Notes: generated from the sequence alone by a model not told the origin. A stretch of DNA of 64,000 nucleotides from Vulcanimicrobiota bacterium (GCA_963812135.1 CAWETU010000001.1:1824001-1888000); one strand, 5' to 3'. Shown: positions 50,164 through 60,373, counted from the first letter of the stretch. Program-made: numbers and translations.

Positions 50164-51675
50164 TCAGCCGGTTTGCGACAGCGCCGAACGCAGCCGAGAT
50201 GCCAGCCGGGCAGGGCCGAGCAACGGCAAGAGCACGGGGAGCTCGATGCCGTGCTCCTGTCCTGTTGCCGCGATCCGTATCGGTCTGAAAAGCGCGCGTC
50301 CTTTGACGCCGTGCTTGGCGCCGAGCGCAGCGAGCGCTTCCTTCGATAACGCGTTGCGGAGGGCTGCGCGATCCTTGCAACCTGCCGCTATGGCAGCGAT
50401 CTCTTCAACAAGCGCGCGGGACGTCGGATCTGCAAGCGCGTCTTGTGTGCCGGGCTCGAGGCGCATTTCATCTTCTAACACTTGCAACGCTAGTGCTGGA
50501 ACCTGATCGAGCGTCTCAACGTGATCGGTCATCGCGTCGGCGAATAACCCGCGCCAGAGCGGATCCTTGATATCCGACGAAGCGGCAACCGCCGGATCGC
50601 GCGCCGCCCATGAAGCGAATAACTCGGCGCGCTCATCGCGCGGCAGCGCGCGGATATAGTGCGCGTTGAACCAGCGCAGCTTCGCGTGATCGAACACCGC
50701 GGGACTCTTGGTCACGCGGTCCAGCGAGAAGGTCTCGATGAGCTCCTCGAGCGTGAAGAACTCCCGGTCATCGCCCGGCGACCAGCCGAGCAGCGCGAGA
50801 TAGTTGATGAGCGCCGCAGGCAGATATCCCTGTTCGCGATACTCCGCGACCGATGTGGCTCCATGACGCTTCGACAGTTTCTGATGGTCGGGCGCGAGGA
50901 TCATCGAGACGTGTGCGAACAGGGGCAACGGAAGCTCGAGCGCTTCGTAGAGCGCCACTTGGCGCGGCGTGTTCGGCAGATGCTCGTCGGCGCGGATCAC
51001 GTGCGTGATCGCCATCTCGGCGTCGTCGACGACTACCGCGAAGTTGTAGGCGGCGACGCCATCTGATTTCAAGATGACGAAGTCGCCGATCGATCCTGCC
51101 GGGAAATGCACCGCGCCGCGCACGAGATCTTCGACGTACACGTCACGCTGCGGCATCAAGAAGCGGATCGCCGGCTTGCGGCCTTCCGCTTCGAGCGCAA
51201 GGCGCTGTTCGCGGGTGAGATCGCGGCATTTGCCGGAATACTTCGGCGTTTGCCCAAGCCGCTCGGCGGCGCGACGCTCGGCTTCGAGCTCCTCGGGCGT
51301 GCAGTAGCACGGATACGCCTGCTCGATCTCGAGCAAACGCGCGACGGCGAGCCCGTAGAGGTCGATCCGATCGGTCTGCCGATACGGGCCGTACTCTCCT
51401 CCGACATCCGTGCCTTCATCCCACGTCAGGCCGAGCCAGCGCATGTCCTCTTGAATGGCGCGTTCGGATTCAAGCGTCGAGCGGCCGGTGTCGGTGTCTT
51501 CGGAGCGCAGCACGAGCACGCCGTGGTTGCGTCTCGCGAAGAGATAATTGAAGAGCGCCGTGCGAGCGCCGCCGACGTGCAGCGATCCGGTTGGCGCGGG
51601 GGCGAAGCGGACTCTCACGGCGCCTGAGCTCGGCTCAGGCGCGACACCCGAGCTGCGCTCGGGTTCTACGTTCAT
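50164..51675 (-). CDS. gltX: Glutamate--tRNA ligase
   Basis: RFAP.PTG.LHVGGARTAL, EDTD, KLSKRHG; ATGA overlap with ispF. Confidence 0.96.
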   Translation of the reverse strand: MNVEPERSSGVAPEPSSGAVRVRFAPAPTGSLHVGGARTALFNYLFARRNHGVLVLRSEDTDTGRSTLESERAIQEDMRWLGLTWDEGTDVGGEYGPYRQTDRIDLYGLAVARLLEIEQAYPCYCTPEELEAERRAAERLGQTPKYSGKCRDLTREQRLALEAEGRKPAIRFLMPQRDVYVEDLVRGAVHFPAGSIGDFVILKSDGVAAYNFAVVVDDAEMAITHVIRADEHLPNTPRQVALYEALELPLPLFAHVSMILAPDHQKLSKRHGATSVAEYREQGYLPAALINYLALLGWSPGDDREFFTLEELIETFSLDRVTKSPAVFDHAKLRWFNAHYIRALPRDERAELFASWAARDPAVAASSDIKDPLWRGLFADAMTDHVETLDQVPALALQVLEDEMRLEPGTQDALADPTSRALVEEIAAIAAGCKDRAALRNALSKEALAALGAKHGVKGRALFRPIRIAATGQEHGIELPVLLPLLGPARLASRLRSALSQTG

Positions 51676-52148
51676 GTGTCTTTCTCGACGGTTGCCACCG
51701 CGTATGCTGCCATCCCGTCTCCTGTACCCGTGAAACCCAATCCCTCCGTGCGTTTGGCCTTGACGTTGCACGCGTTCTCCGCGACCCCCAACGCATTGGC
51801 CAGCACGGCGCGCATCGCGCCGACGTGTCCGGCGAGCGCGGGCTGCTCGGCCACGATCGTGCAGTCGACGTTATTGACGCGTAGGCCGGCCTGACGCAAC
51901 ATCACCGCGGTCTGTTCGAGCAACTTCACGCTGTGTGCGTTCGCGTACTTGGGATCGCCTGCTGGAAAGCGCGAGCCGCAATCGCCCAAACCTGCGGCTC
52001 CGAGGACCGCGTCGATGATCGCGTGCGTGAGCACGTCCGCATCCGAAAAACCCTCGAGACCTTTGATGAACTGGATACGCACGCCGCCCAAGATCAGCGG
52101 GCGATCGGCCACGAGTCGATGCGCGTCGAACCCGAAGCCGACCCTCAT
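51672..52148 (-). CDS. ispF: MEcPP synthase
   Basis: G.D.H, SDADV..HA..DA.LGA, TEGLGF. Confidence 0.96.
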   Translation of the reverse strand: MRVGFGFDAHRLVADRPLILGGVRIQFIKGLEGFSDADVLTHAIIDAVLGAAGLGDCGSRFPAGDPKYANAHSVKLLEQTAVMLRQAGLRVNNVDCTIVAEQPALAGHVGAMRAVLANALGVAENACNVKAKRTEGLGFTGTGDGMAAYAVATVEKDT

Positions 52149-52834
52149 CGCAGCGGCGCCTGCATCTTCTCGGCCATCAGCCGCGCGAGTTCGAGGTCGT
52201 CCGGGGTCGTCACTTTGATGTTGCCGTACGATCCCATCACGAGTTTGACCGGCGCGCCCAAACGCTCCACGAGCGACGCGTCGTCAGTGCCGGTGAAACC
52301 GTCCTTCAGCGCCTGCACGTGCGCGGCCACGAGCACATCATAGGGGAACACCTGCGGCGTTTGCGCCGCCCACAACGAGGCGCGCTCGATCGTGCGCTCG
52401 ACCGCGGTGCCCTGCGCTTGTTTGATCGTGTCCTGCACCGGCACTGCGGCGATGGCGCTCACGCCGTGATGCGCCGCCGCGATCACCCGGTCCACAACGT
52501 CCAGCGTGAGAAACGGCCGCGCGCCGTCGTGCACCAACACGAGTTGCGGAGCGGGCAGCACCGCGGAGAGCGCCGCGTGCACGGATGCTTGCCGCGTGGC
52601 GCCGCCGGCGACGATGCCGCGCACCTTCGACGGCGCATATTCGGAGGCGACCTCTTGGAAACGCTCGCGGTCGTCCGCTTCGCAAGCGATGTAGATCGCC
52701 GAAATCGAACCTGCGCGTTCGAAGAGCTCGAGCGACCACGCCGCGAGCGGCTTGCCCCCAAGATCGAGCAATTGCTTCGGTTTGCCGAGCCGGTCGCCGC
52801 GGCCGGCGGCCGCGAGAATCGCGACAGTGCTCAC
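52145..52834 (-). CDS. ispD: MEP cytidylyltransferase
   Basis: AAG.G.R, HDGARP, QTPQ, TDD, NIKVT. Confidence 0.96.
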   Translation of the reverse strand: MSTVAILAAAGRGDRLGKPKQLLDLGGKPLAAWSLELFERAGSISAIYIACEADDRERFQEVASEYAPSKVRGIVAGGATRQASVHAALSAVLPAPQLVLVHDGARPFLTLDVVDRVIAAAHHGVSAIAAVPVQDTIKQAQGTAVERTIERASLWAAQTPQVFPYDVLVAAHVQALKDGFTGTDDASLVERLGAPVKLVMGSYGNIKVTTPDDLELARLMAEKMQAPLR

Positions 52835-53886
52835 GTCTTTTTCGGCCTGGCGAAGATCATCCGGCCCGCAGCCGTCTGCAGCACCGACGTGACCTGGACG
52901 CCGACCGTCTCGCCGATGAGCCGCTTGCCGTTCTCGACGACGATCATCGTGCCGTCCTCGAGATAGCCGACGCCCTGGTTCTGCTCCTTGCCGTCCTTGA
53001 CGATGCTGACCGTCATCTCCTCGCCCGGCAGCACGACCGGTTTGATCGCGTTGGCGAGCTCGTTGACGTTGAGAATCACGACGCCTTGCAGCCGCGCGAC
53101 GCGATTGAGATTATAGTCGTTCGTGAGGATCGGCGCTTCCATCTGGCGCGCCAGCGTCACGAGCTTGCTGTCGACGTCGCGTTCTGGCGCGTCTTGATCG
53201 ATGATCTCAAGGCGGCCGGAGATATCGCGCAAGCGATTGAGTATCTCAAGGCCGCGCCGGCCGCGCGCGCGCCGTATGCTGTCCGCCGAATCCGCGATCG
53301 ACTGCAATTCCTTAAGGACGAATTTGGGCACGAGCAGGCGGCCTTCGATGAATCCGGCCTGCACGACCTCGAGCACGCGGCCGTCGACGATGACCGACGT
53401 GTCGAGCAGCTTTGGCGGAGCGTCGGCGTCGTGCGGTCCGCTGCGCATCCAGCTCGAAAGGCGCTGACGCAATCCGATGCGGATGCCGGTGTACGCGAAG
53501 AACAGCGTGATGAGTGCGTAGATGACGATTGAAATGATCGGCCCGTAGCGCGGGATCTGGTTGATCGGCGCGAAGATCTCGCGCACGAGATAGGCGACCA
53601 ACAACCCGACGACCAGACCGATGGCGCCGGACAGCGCCTCGGCCGGCGCCATCTTGACGATCGACTCTTCGACCGAGCTTGAGACGCGTTCAAAGAAGTT
53701 GGCGAGATACGGCGACAACGCGATGCCGATGAGCGCGAAGAGCAACGGGATGCCGAGATCGCGCAGGTGCCCGAGCGTGCCGGTCTGGCCGGCGAGATAC
53801 GGAATATGCCCGAGCTCAATACCGCCTGCCAAGCCGAGCAAGCCGCACAACAGCGCGAAAATTATTCGAAGTAGTAATTTACCCAA
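52831..53886 (-). CDS. PIN/TRAM-domain membrane protein (YacL-like)
   Basis: LDTSVIVDGR, TNDYNLN, GYLEDGTM, QTAAGRMIF; TTG start. Confidence 0.92.
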   Translation of the reverse strand: MGKLLLRIIFALLCGLLGLAGGIELGHIPYLAGQTGTLGHLRDLGIPLLFALIGIALSPYLANFFERVSSSVEESIVKMAPAEALSGAIGLVVGLLVAYLVREIFAPINQIPRYGPIISIVIYALITLFFAYTGIRIGLRQRLSSWMRSGPHDADAPPKLLDTSVIVDGRVLEVVQAGFIEGRLLVPKFVLKELQSIADSADSIRRARGRRGLEILNRLRDISGRLEIIDQDAPERDVDSKLVTLARQMEAPILTNDYNLNRVARLQGVVILNVNELANAIKPVVLPGEEMTVSIVKDGKEQNQGVGYLEDGTMIVVENGKRLIGETVGVQVTSVLQTAAGRMIFARPKKT

Positions 53887-55036
53887 AACCGGCGGGGGCC
53901 GGGAAGAAAGAAGGATGTAAGAATTCGGAGCATGCGGTGTTGGCCAAAAGCCGTCCCCGCGAAGAAAGCCGTACCCCCTGTCCGCCCTCTTCGAGCAGAC
54001 CGGCCTGACGACATTTATTGATGGCAACCGCGAATATCAAGCGTGCGTCCACGCCGAACCGCGCGCGGAAATCCTCGTCCCGGATGCCCTCGCGCGTGCG
54101 CAATGCGAGCATGGCCGCCTCGCCGATGCGCGCCTGAATATCGAGCCGCTCTTCTTCTTCGCGCGGCGAGCGGCCGGCTTCGATCGCCGTGCAGTACCCG
54201 TCGAATGCACGCACGTTGCGGTATCGCAAGCCGTCTTCGTAGCCCGATGCCGACATGCCGAGCGCGACGCAATCTCGTTGCGCCCAATAGCCGCGATTGT
54301 GCCGGCTTTCAAAACCCGGCTTCGCATAGTTGGAGATCTCGTAGCGGTCGAATCCGGCGTGCGTCAACGTCTGCTCGGCCAATTCGAGCAGATCTGCCAT
54401 ACCATCGTCGTCCACGAACTGCTGCGGCGAGCGCTCGAACCAGCGCGCGTACGGCGTGCCGGCTTCGATCGTCAGTCCGTAGACAGACACGTGATCGGGC
54501 GCGCATGCGACGGCGCGCTCAAGCGACCGCGCGAACGAGGCGAGCGTTTGCCCCGGAACACCGGCGATCAGATCGATGCTGATGTTTTCGTGGCCGGCCG
54601 CGCGCGCGGCGGTGATGTATGCCGTGGCCTGCTCGGCGCTGTGATCTCGGCCCAGACGCTGCAGCTCGGCATCGTCGAACGATTGCACGCCGATCGAAAG
54701 ACGATTGATCCCCGCGGCGCGATAGTGCGCGAGATCTTCAGCGTTACGCGATGGATTTGCCTCGAGCGTGCATTCGATGGTGTGTGCGTCGAAGGCGAAA
54801 TGGCCTCTAATCGACGAGAGCAAGCCACTGATGTCATGCGCGCTCAGCGCCGATGGCGTGCCGCCGCCGAAATAGATCGTGGCGATCCCTTCGCTGGGCG
54901 TTGCGATCGTCGAGAGCTCAGCGCGCAGAGCGGCCAAGTATCGATCAATCCGCCCGCGCGCGAACTCCACCACCGCGAAGTCGCAATACGGACAGATGCG
55001 ATCGCAGAACGGCAGATGGACGTAACAACCGGCCAT
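53879..55036 (-). CDS. hemW: Radical SAM heme chaperone HemW
   Basis: YVHLPFC..ICPYCDF, GGGTPS, YEISNYA, HN..YW. Confidence 0.9.
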   Translation of the reverse strand: MAGCYVHLPFCDRICPYCDFAVVEFARGRIDRYLAALRAELSTIATPSEGIATIYFGGGTPSALSAHDISGLLSSIRGHFAFDAHTIECTLEANPSRNAEDLAHYRAAGINRLSIGVQSFDDAELQRLGRDHSAEQATAYITAARAAGHENISIDLIAGVPGQTLASFARSLERAVACAPDHVSVYGLTIEAGTPYARWFERSPQQFVDDDGMADLLELAEQTLTHAGFDRYEISNYAKPGFESRHNRGYWAQRDCVALGMSASGYEDGLRYRNVRAFDGYCTAIEAGRSPREEEERLDIQARIGEAAMLALRTREGIRDEDFRARFGVDARLIFAVAINKCRQAGLLEEGGQGVRLSSRGRLLANTACSEFLHPSFFPAPAGFG

Positions 55037-55044
55037 TGCCGCGG

Positions 55045-55524
55045 CTATTCCTCTCCGTCGAAGTAGTCGAGCGGATCTGAGCGCATCAGCTTGCGCTCGG
55101 GGGATCTCACGATGTGTTTGCCGCTGTCCGGATAGTGGCCGGACTCGCCGATCGGGTTGTCGGCGACGACATACACCTCCAACACGTCGGTGCCATCGTT
55201 GATCAACTGATGCGGCTGGCCCGGTTCGAAGATGAACGCGTCGCCGGATTCGATCGGCGTCGTGCCATCCTTGTGGCGGACTTTACCAGAACCGGAGATG
55301 ACGTGATAGAACTCCCACTGCGCGCTATGCGAGTGATACGGATAGGGCGTCTTGCCGGCGGGGATGCGCAATATTTCGACGTCGAACGGATGCCGTTCCA
55401 TGAGATCCGTCGACTGCGGCTTGCGGCCGAGCGCTTCGGAGACTTCGAGTCCCGCGCCGGCGAATTTGCCGCGCGGCGACGCCCATTTGAGCTCTGCGAT
55501 ATTCTTCGTGTTGACTTTTCGCAT
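55045..55524 (-). CDS. Cupin-domain protein
   Basis: H.H...WEFY.V.SG, H...N, YPDS.K. Confidence 0.85.
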   Translation of the reverse strand: MRKVNTKNIAELKWASPRGKFAGAGLEVSEALGRKPQSTDLMERHPFDVEILRIPAGKTPYPYHSHSAQWEFYHVISGSGKVRHKDGTTPIESGDAFIFEPGQPHQLINDGTDVLEVYVVADNPIGESGHYPDSGKHIVRSPERKLMRSDPLDYFDGEE

Positions 55525-55544
55525 GAGGTGCCGTTCTTTTTAGA

Positions 55545-56387
55545 TCAGGGGATGAAGAACACGCCGACCGCGCCCGGCCCGGCGTGGGTGCCGACGGTCG
55601 GGCCGGCGATCGTGGTGATCATCGAAGCCGGCTCGATCGCCTGCTCCAGGCGGTCGCGCACTTTGGCGGCGAGCTCCGGCGCGACCGAGTGCATGACGGC
55701 GCAGCGCGCGTGCTTTTTTTGCGGCACCTTTGACTTGACGATCTCGATGATCTGATCCACCGCGCGCGCAAACGTGCGGACTTTGCTGTGCTCGGCCACG
55801 AGCCCGTCTTTGAGGGTGATGATCGGCACGATCTGCAGCACATTGCCGAGCATGCTCTGGAGCGCGCCGATCCTTCCGCCGCGCGCTAAAAACGTGAGCG
55901 TCGGGATCGCGGCGAAGAGCATATCGTTGGGGATGTCGGCCTGCGCTTTGGCGACGATCGCTTCAACGGATTCCCCACGTGCAGCCTGATCGCGTGCCTC
56001 GAGCACGAGCAATCCCTCGCCGGCCGACGCGTTTTGCGTGTCGATCACCGTGATGCGATCGGGCGCGACGTGCTGCGCGGCCAGCGATGCCGAATTGAAC
56101 GTACCTGACAGCGCTGCCGAGGCGTGTATCGAGACGATGTGCTCCGCGCCGGCGTCGAGCAATCCCCTATACGCCTGTTCGAACGCGGCGGGCGGCGGCT
56201 GGGACGAGGTTGGATGATGCGCGGTATCGTGCTGGAGGCGATCGTAGAACTGGTCCGCAGTGAGGTCGATGCCGTCGCGGAACTGCTCGTTGCCGAACCT
56301 GATCGTGAGCGGCACGACGGTGACGTCCACCGCGAGATCGCCCAGGTCCGAGATCGAGTCGGTGACGATCGCGATCTTCTGGCTCAT
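55545..56387 (-). CDS. DegV/FakB fatty-acid-binding protein
   Basis: IVTDS, SQP, LSGT, L.RGGRI, THAGPG. Confidence 0.93.
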   Translation of the reverse strand: MSQKIAIVTDSISDLGDLAVDVTVVPLTIRFGNEQFRDGIDLTADQFYDRLQHDTAHHPTSSQPPPAAFEQAYRGLLDAGAEHIVSIHASAALSGTFNSASLAAQHVAPDRITVIDTQNASAGEGLLVLEARDQAARGESVEAIVAKAQADIPNDMLFAAIPTLTFLARGGRIGALQSMLGNVLQIVPIITLKDGLVAEHSKVRTFARAVDQIIEIVKSKVPQKKHARCAVMHSVAPELAAKVRDRLEQAIEPASMITTIAGPTVGTHAGPGAVGVFFIP

Positions 56388-57406
56388 CCCGACGCCTGCG
56401 CGGCAGATGGCGCGAGCATGCGCTCGATGGAACCGACCAGATCTTGACGGGCGGCGCGCAGCGCCATCTGACACGCGTGGTAGACGGTCAGCGCATCCGC
56501 GCGCCCATGTCCGATGATGCAATTGCCGCGCACGCCAAGCAGCGGCGCGCCGCCGTGGTAGCGGTGATCGAGGCGCGAGCGCACCGACCTGAACACGGGC
56601 TTCAACAGCGCGGCGCCTGCCTTGACGGTGAGCGGCGCGGCCTCGATGCCCTCGCGCAACAGCTTGAAGATGTACTCGCTCGTGCCTTCGGCGGTCTTGA
56701 GCGCGACGTTGCCGACGAAACCGTCCGCGACGACGACGTCCGCTTCGCCGAGCAGCAGATCGCGGCCCTCGACGTTGCCGATGAAGTGGATCGGCGCGGC
56801 GGCGAGCAGCGGAAATGTCTCCGCGGTCAGCGCGTTGCCTTTGGACTCCTCCTCGCCGACCGACAGCAAACCGACTTTCGGATCTGGGATGCCGAGCACC
56901 GCGCGCGCGTACGCCGTCCCCATGAGCGCGAATTGCACCAGCCACTCAGGCTTGCAGTCGACGTTCGCGCCCGCGTCGACGAGCAACATCGGGCCCCTAT
57001 GCGCGGGCCACGCCGTTGCGAAGCCCGGCCGCGCGATGCCCGGCAGGCGCGACAGACGGATCGTCGCGAGCGCGAGGAACGCGCCGCTATTGCCGGCGGA
57101 GAACGCGGCGTGCGCTTGTCCGTCGCGCACCAAGTCGATCGTCTTGCCCATCGAGGTGACGCCGCCGCGGCGCACCGCCGCAGCGGGCGCTTCATCCATG
57201 GCGACTTGTTCGACCGCTTCGACGATCGTCACGGTGGGCGGCGCACCGTCGCGCTGGAGGAGCGGCTGCAATCTGGCCGGATCGCCGACGAGCAGAATGC
57301 GGCAGCCCCACTCGCGCGCCGCACGGCACGCGCCGGCCGCGATCGCATCGGGCGCGAGGTCGCCGCCCATGCCATCGATCGCGATGGTGACGTCGCTATC
57401 GTTCAA
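56384..57406 (-). CDS. plsX: Phosphate acyltransferase PlsX
   Basis: D.MGGD.AP, SAGNSGA, D.GAN, DGFVGN. Confidence 0.95.
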   Translation of the reverse strand: MNDSDVTIAIDGMGGDLAPDAIAAGACRAAREWGCRILLVGDPARLQPLLQRDGAPPTVTIVEAVEQVAMDEAPAAAVRRGGVTSMGKTIDLVRDGQAHAAFSAGNSGAFLALATIRLSRLPGIARPGFATAWPAHRGPMLLVDAGANVDCKPEWLVQFALMGTAYARAVLGIPDPKVGLLSVGEEESKGNALTAETFPLLAAAPIHFIGNVEGRDLLLGEADVVVADGFVGNVALKTAEGTSEYIFKLLREGIEAAPLTVKAGAALLKPVFRSVRSRLDHRYHGGAPLLGVRGNCIIGHGRADALTVYHACQMALRAARQDLVGSIERMLAPSAAQASG

Positions 57407-59015
57407 TCGAAACCACGTAATCTGATGTCGGTTGGCCGCCGTAATACGCCTCGACCGACGCCGTCGGGAATTGGGCTTTGAGCGCGGCGGCGAGTTCTTC
57501 GGCTTCGTTGCGCCGGCGCGCGTGCCCGTAATACAGCGTGATGAGCGACGGATCGGTATCCGTCGCGGCGCGGACCATCGCGAGTGCGATAGCGGTGGGA
57601 TCTGCTCCTTCCACCAGCCGCTCCGCGCTGCCGTCGCGCGCTTCGAGCGCGCCCACGAGTTGGTTGCGTTCGACGGCGACGCCGCCGATCTCCGCGTCGC
57701 GACCCGCTCGGAAGATCGAACCGCTTCCCACGACGAGCGATTCGGCGAGCAGGTCGTCCGGTTTGATGTTCGGATCGTCGGGCCGGTTGACCATGGCGAA
57801 GAGCGCCGCGACTCCATCGGCGACGGTGCGCGTGGGCACGACGACGACGCGTTTGTCGGTCAGCGCGTCGACCTCTTTGGCGGCGAGCATGATGTTCTTG
57901 TCGTTCGGCATCAGGTACACGACCGGCGCGAGCACTTTGTTGACCGCGACGAGCAGGTCTTTCACCGACGGGTTCATGGTCGCGCCGCCGATGACCACGA
58001 CGTCGGTGCCGAGCTCCTTGAAGATCTTCGCGAAGCCCTCGCCGGGCGCCACCGCGACGATGCCGCGCGGCTTGCTCTCGCGGTCGACGACGAGCACGTT
58101 GTGCTGCTCTTCCATGTTGTCGATCTTCAGCCGCGAGACGTCGCCCAGCTCGCGCGCCATGTCGGCGATTTTCTCCGGATAATCCGTGTGGATGTGCACG
58201 CGGATCGTGCCGTCGCCGCCGGCGACGATGAGCGAGTCGCCGTGCGGGGTGAGCAGCGCGCGCAGCGAGTCGGGTTCGGTCGCTGTCTTGGCGAGCACGA
58301 ATTCCGTGCAGAAGCGATGCGTCTCGACCTTCTGTTTCGCGGTGAACGTCGTGCGCCGCACCGGGTTGCGCGGGAACGCAGTGGTGTAGGGCGCGCGGCC
58401 GGGCAGCATGCGCAGCACGCCTTCCATGAAATAGACGAAGCCTTGGCCGCCCGCGTCGACGACTTTGGCTTCTTTCAAGATGGCGAGCTGTTCGGGCGTC
58501 TTCTCAAGAGCCTCGTTCGCGGCATCCACCGTCGCGTGCAGCACCGCATAAAAATCTTTTTCACCGGCAGCTTTCTTGAAGCACGCATTCGCTGCGCCGC
58601 TCGCCACCGAAAGGATCGTCCCCTCGACCGGCTTGAGCAGCGCTTTGCGCGCGGCTATCACGCCTTCGTTCAGCGCGCTCGCGAACTCGAGCGTGGTGAT
58701 GGCGTCTCGATGACGCACCTCGTGCGCGAAACCGCGGAACATCTGCGAGATGATGACACCCGAGTTGCCGCGCGCGCCCATCAGCGAGCCTTGCGCGGCG
58801 GCGGCCGCGACATCTTTGAGCGCATTCGAATGCTCTTTGCGGGCCTCGACCATCGCAGCGCGGACGGTGAAGAACATGTTCGTGCCGGTGTCGCCATCGG
58901 GCACGGGGAACACGTTGAGATCGTTGATCACCGAGCGGTACTTGCGCAAGAAAAACGTGCCGGCTACCAAGAAGTCGGCGAACAGCTTCCCGTCGCAGCT
59001 GGTTATCTGTTCCAG
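57396..59015 (-). CDS. DAK2-domain fatty acid kinase subunit FakA (YloV-like)
   Basis: LNVFPVPDGDTGTNM, GARGNSG, DAGG, GGQP; probable CTG start. Confidence 0.93.
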   Translation of the reverse strand: MEQITSCDGKLFADFLVAGTFFLRKYRSVINDLNVFPVPDGDTGTNMFFTVRAAMVEARKEHSNALKDVAAAAAQGSLMGARGNSGVIISQMFRGFAHEVRHRDAITTLEFASALNEGVIAARKALLKPVEGTILSVASGAANACFKKAAGEKDFYAVLHATVDAANEALEKTPEQLAILKEAKVVDAGGQGFVYFMEGVLRMLPGRAPYTTAFPRNPVRRTTFTAKQKVETHRFCTEFVLAKTATEPDSLRALLTPHGDSLIVAGGDGTIRVHIHTDYPEKIADMARELGDVSRLKIDNMEEQHNVLVVDRESKPRGIVAVAPGEGFAKIFKELGTDVVVIGGATMNPSVKDLLVAVNKVLAPVVYLMPNDKNIMLAAKEVDALTDKRVVVVPTRTVADGVAALFAMVNRPDDPNIKPDDLLAESLVVGSGSIFRAGRDAEIGGVAVERNQLVGALEARDGSAERLVEGADPTAIALAMVRAATDTDPSLITLYYGHARRRNEAEELAAALKAQFPTASVEAYYGGQPTSDYVVSIER

Positions 59016-59091
59016 ATGCTTCCTCTTGAATGGTCGACTCTTATGTGATACTATACCGTGGTCATTCTTGTTCGTTTGAGAGGAACCCCTT

Positions 59092-59280
59092 ATGGCTAAG
59101 CGTTGCGACGTATGCGGCAAAGGGCCGGCATCGGGCAACAACGTCAGTCATTCGATGCGCAAGACGCGTCGTCGCTGGCTGCCCAATCTCCAGTCGGTGC
59201 GCATCAAGGAAAAAGGCACCGTGAAGACCGCGCGCGTGTGCACGGTTTGCTTGAAATCGCGGCGCGTCGTCCGAGCCTGA
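59092..59280 (+). CDS. rpmB: 50S ribosomal protein L28
   Basis: C.VCGK...GNNVSHS..KT.RRW.PNLQ. Confidence 0.97.
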   Translation: MAKRCDVCGKGPASGNNVSHSMRKTRRRWLPNLQSVRIKEKGTVKTARVCTVCLKSRRVVRA

Positions 59281-59326
59281 TCAAGTCGCTCGATCAGATC
59301 ACCCGAGCTTCGCTCGGGCACTACAT

Positions 59327-60373
59327 TCAGGGTTTGATCCTTCGCAAGTGGTCGTAGCCTCCGGGCTCGACCGCTTCGCGTTTTCCGAGCCGCTCGAGCC
59401 ACACATGGCCTGCGCCGGGTTCGAAGCGCCCGATCGGCGTGAGCGGGCGGCCGAAGCGTTTTGCGAATGCCGCCGCGACATGCCGGAACGGCCGCGGCTC
59501 GATCGCGGCGAGCAGCTCGTAGTCGTCCCCGCCGTTGATGACGAGATCCATCGCATCCACGCCAAGCGCCTCCGCGGCAGCCGCCACTGGGCCGCTTGGA
59601 GCGAGCGCGGCCGCGTCGAGCACGAGATCCACTCCGGACGCTCGCGCCATGCGCGCGGCATCCGTCGACAGGCCGTCGGAGATATCGATGAGCGCGTGCA
59701 CGGCCGGACGCGTGCCGAAGAATTGACCTTCACGCACGCGCGCCTGCGGCGTGAAATACGCGGCGCTCAGCGTCTCGAGCATCGCGGCGTCCAGCTTGTC
59801 GGCTCGCGGCGCGCCGATCATTTTCAGCCCGGCGGCCGCCGTGCCCAGCGGGCCCGTGATGGCCGCGATGTCGCCTGGACGCGCTCCCGCGCGCGTGCGC
59901 AAGCGTGACGGACGCACTTCTCCCGCAACGGTCACGCCGAGCGTAAGCGCCGGTGTGCGCACGATGTCGCCGCCGGCGATCGCGCAGCGCACGCTTCGCG
60001 CGAGCGCTGCCAAACCTCCATACAACTCCCGCACCCAGGCTTCGTCGAGCTGCAGCGTCAGCCCAAGAGCGATCACCGCGACGGTCGGCGCACCGCCCAT
60101 CGCCGCGATGTCGGACAGGTTTTCGGCGAGCGCCTTGTGACCGAGCGCGCGCGCGCTGGTCTCAGCCAGTCTGAAATGAACGCCATCGACGAGCATGTCC
60201 GTCGTGAGCAAGCTCAGGTGATGCGGATTGGCTTTCCACGCCGCTGCATCGTCGCCGATCCCGACACGCAGCGAGCGCGGCGGCGCGCCGAGCGCTTCAA
60301 CCATCGTCGCGATCAGCTCGTCTTCGGTGAGAGGGTGCACGGTCGAATGAATTCGACCGCTGCTTAAGGACAT
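59327..60373 (-). CDS. thiL: Thiamine-monophosphate kinase
   Basis: GIGDDAA, NLSDIAAMG, DISDGL, GGDDYEL. Confidence 0.95.
   Translation of the reverse strand: MSLSSGRIHSTVHPLTEDELIATMVEALGAPPRSLRVGIGDDAAAWKANPHHLSLLTTDMLVDGVHFRLAETSARALGHKALAENLSDIAAMGGAPTVAVIALGLTLQLDEAWVRELYGGLAALARSVRCAIAGGDIVRTPALTLGVTVAGEVRPSRLRTRAGARPGDIAAITGPLGTAAAGLKMIGAPRADKLDAAMLETLSAAYFTPQARVREGQFFGTRPAVHALIDISDGLSTDAARMARASGVDLVLDAAALAPSGPVAAAAEALGVDAMDLVINGGDDYELLAAIEPRPFRHVAAAFAKRFGRPLTPIGRFEPGAGHVWLERLGKREAVEPGGYDHLRRIKP

Larger units (their letters stand above)
12844..59324. repeat. Dispersed REP-like family B (GTAG..CCCGAGCG(A/C)AGCTCGGG), 5 copies
   Basis: Copies at 12844-12864, 17104-17128, 46219-46244, 51645-51669, 59302-59324. 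Confidence 0.8.
4087..60363. repeat. Dispersed REP-like family A (GTAGCGGTCGA-N6-TCGACCG), 12 copies
   Basis: Copies start at 4087, 8771, 13510, 15870, 16308, 16892, 16969, 19232, 20746, 46256, 48233, 60340. Confidence 0.85.

Noticed and set aside
54341..54354. REP-like GTAGCGGTCGAAT inside hemW
   Set aside because: Half-site only, and it encodes the conserved GF..YEIS motif; probably coincidence
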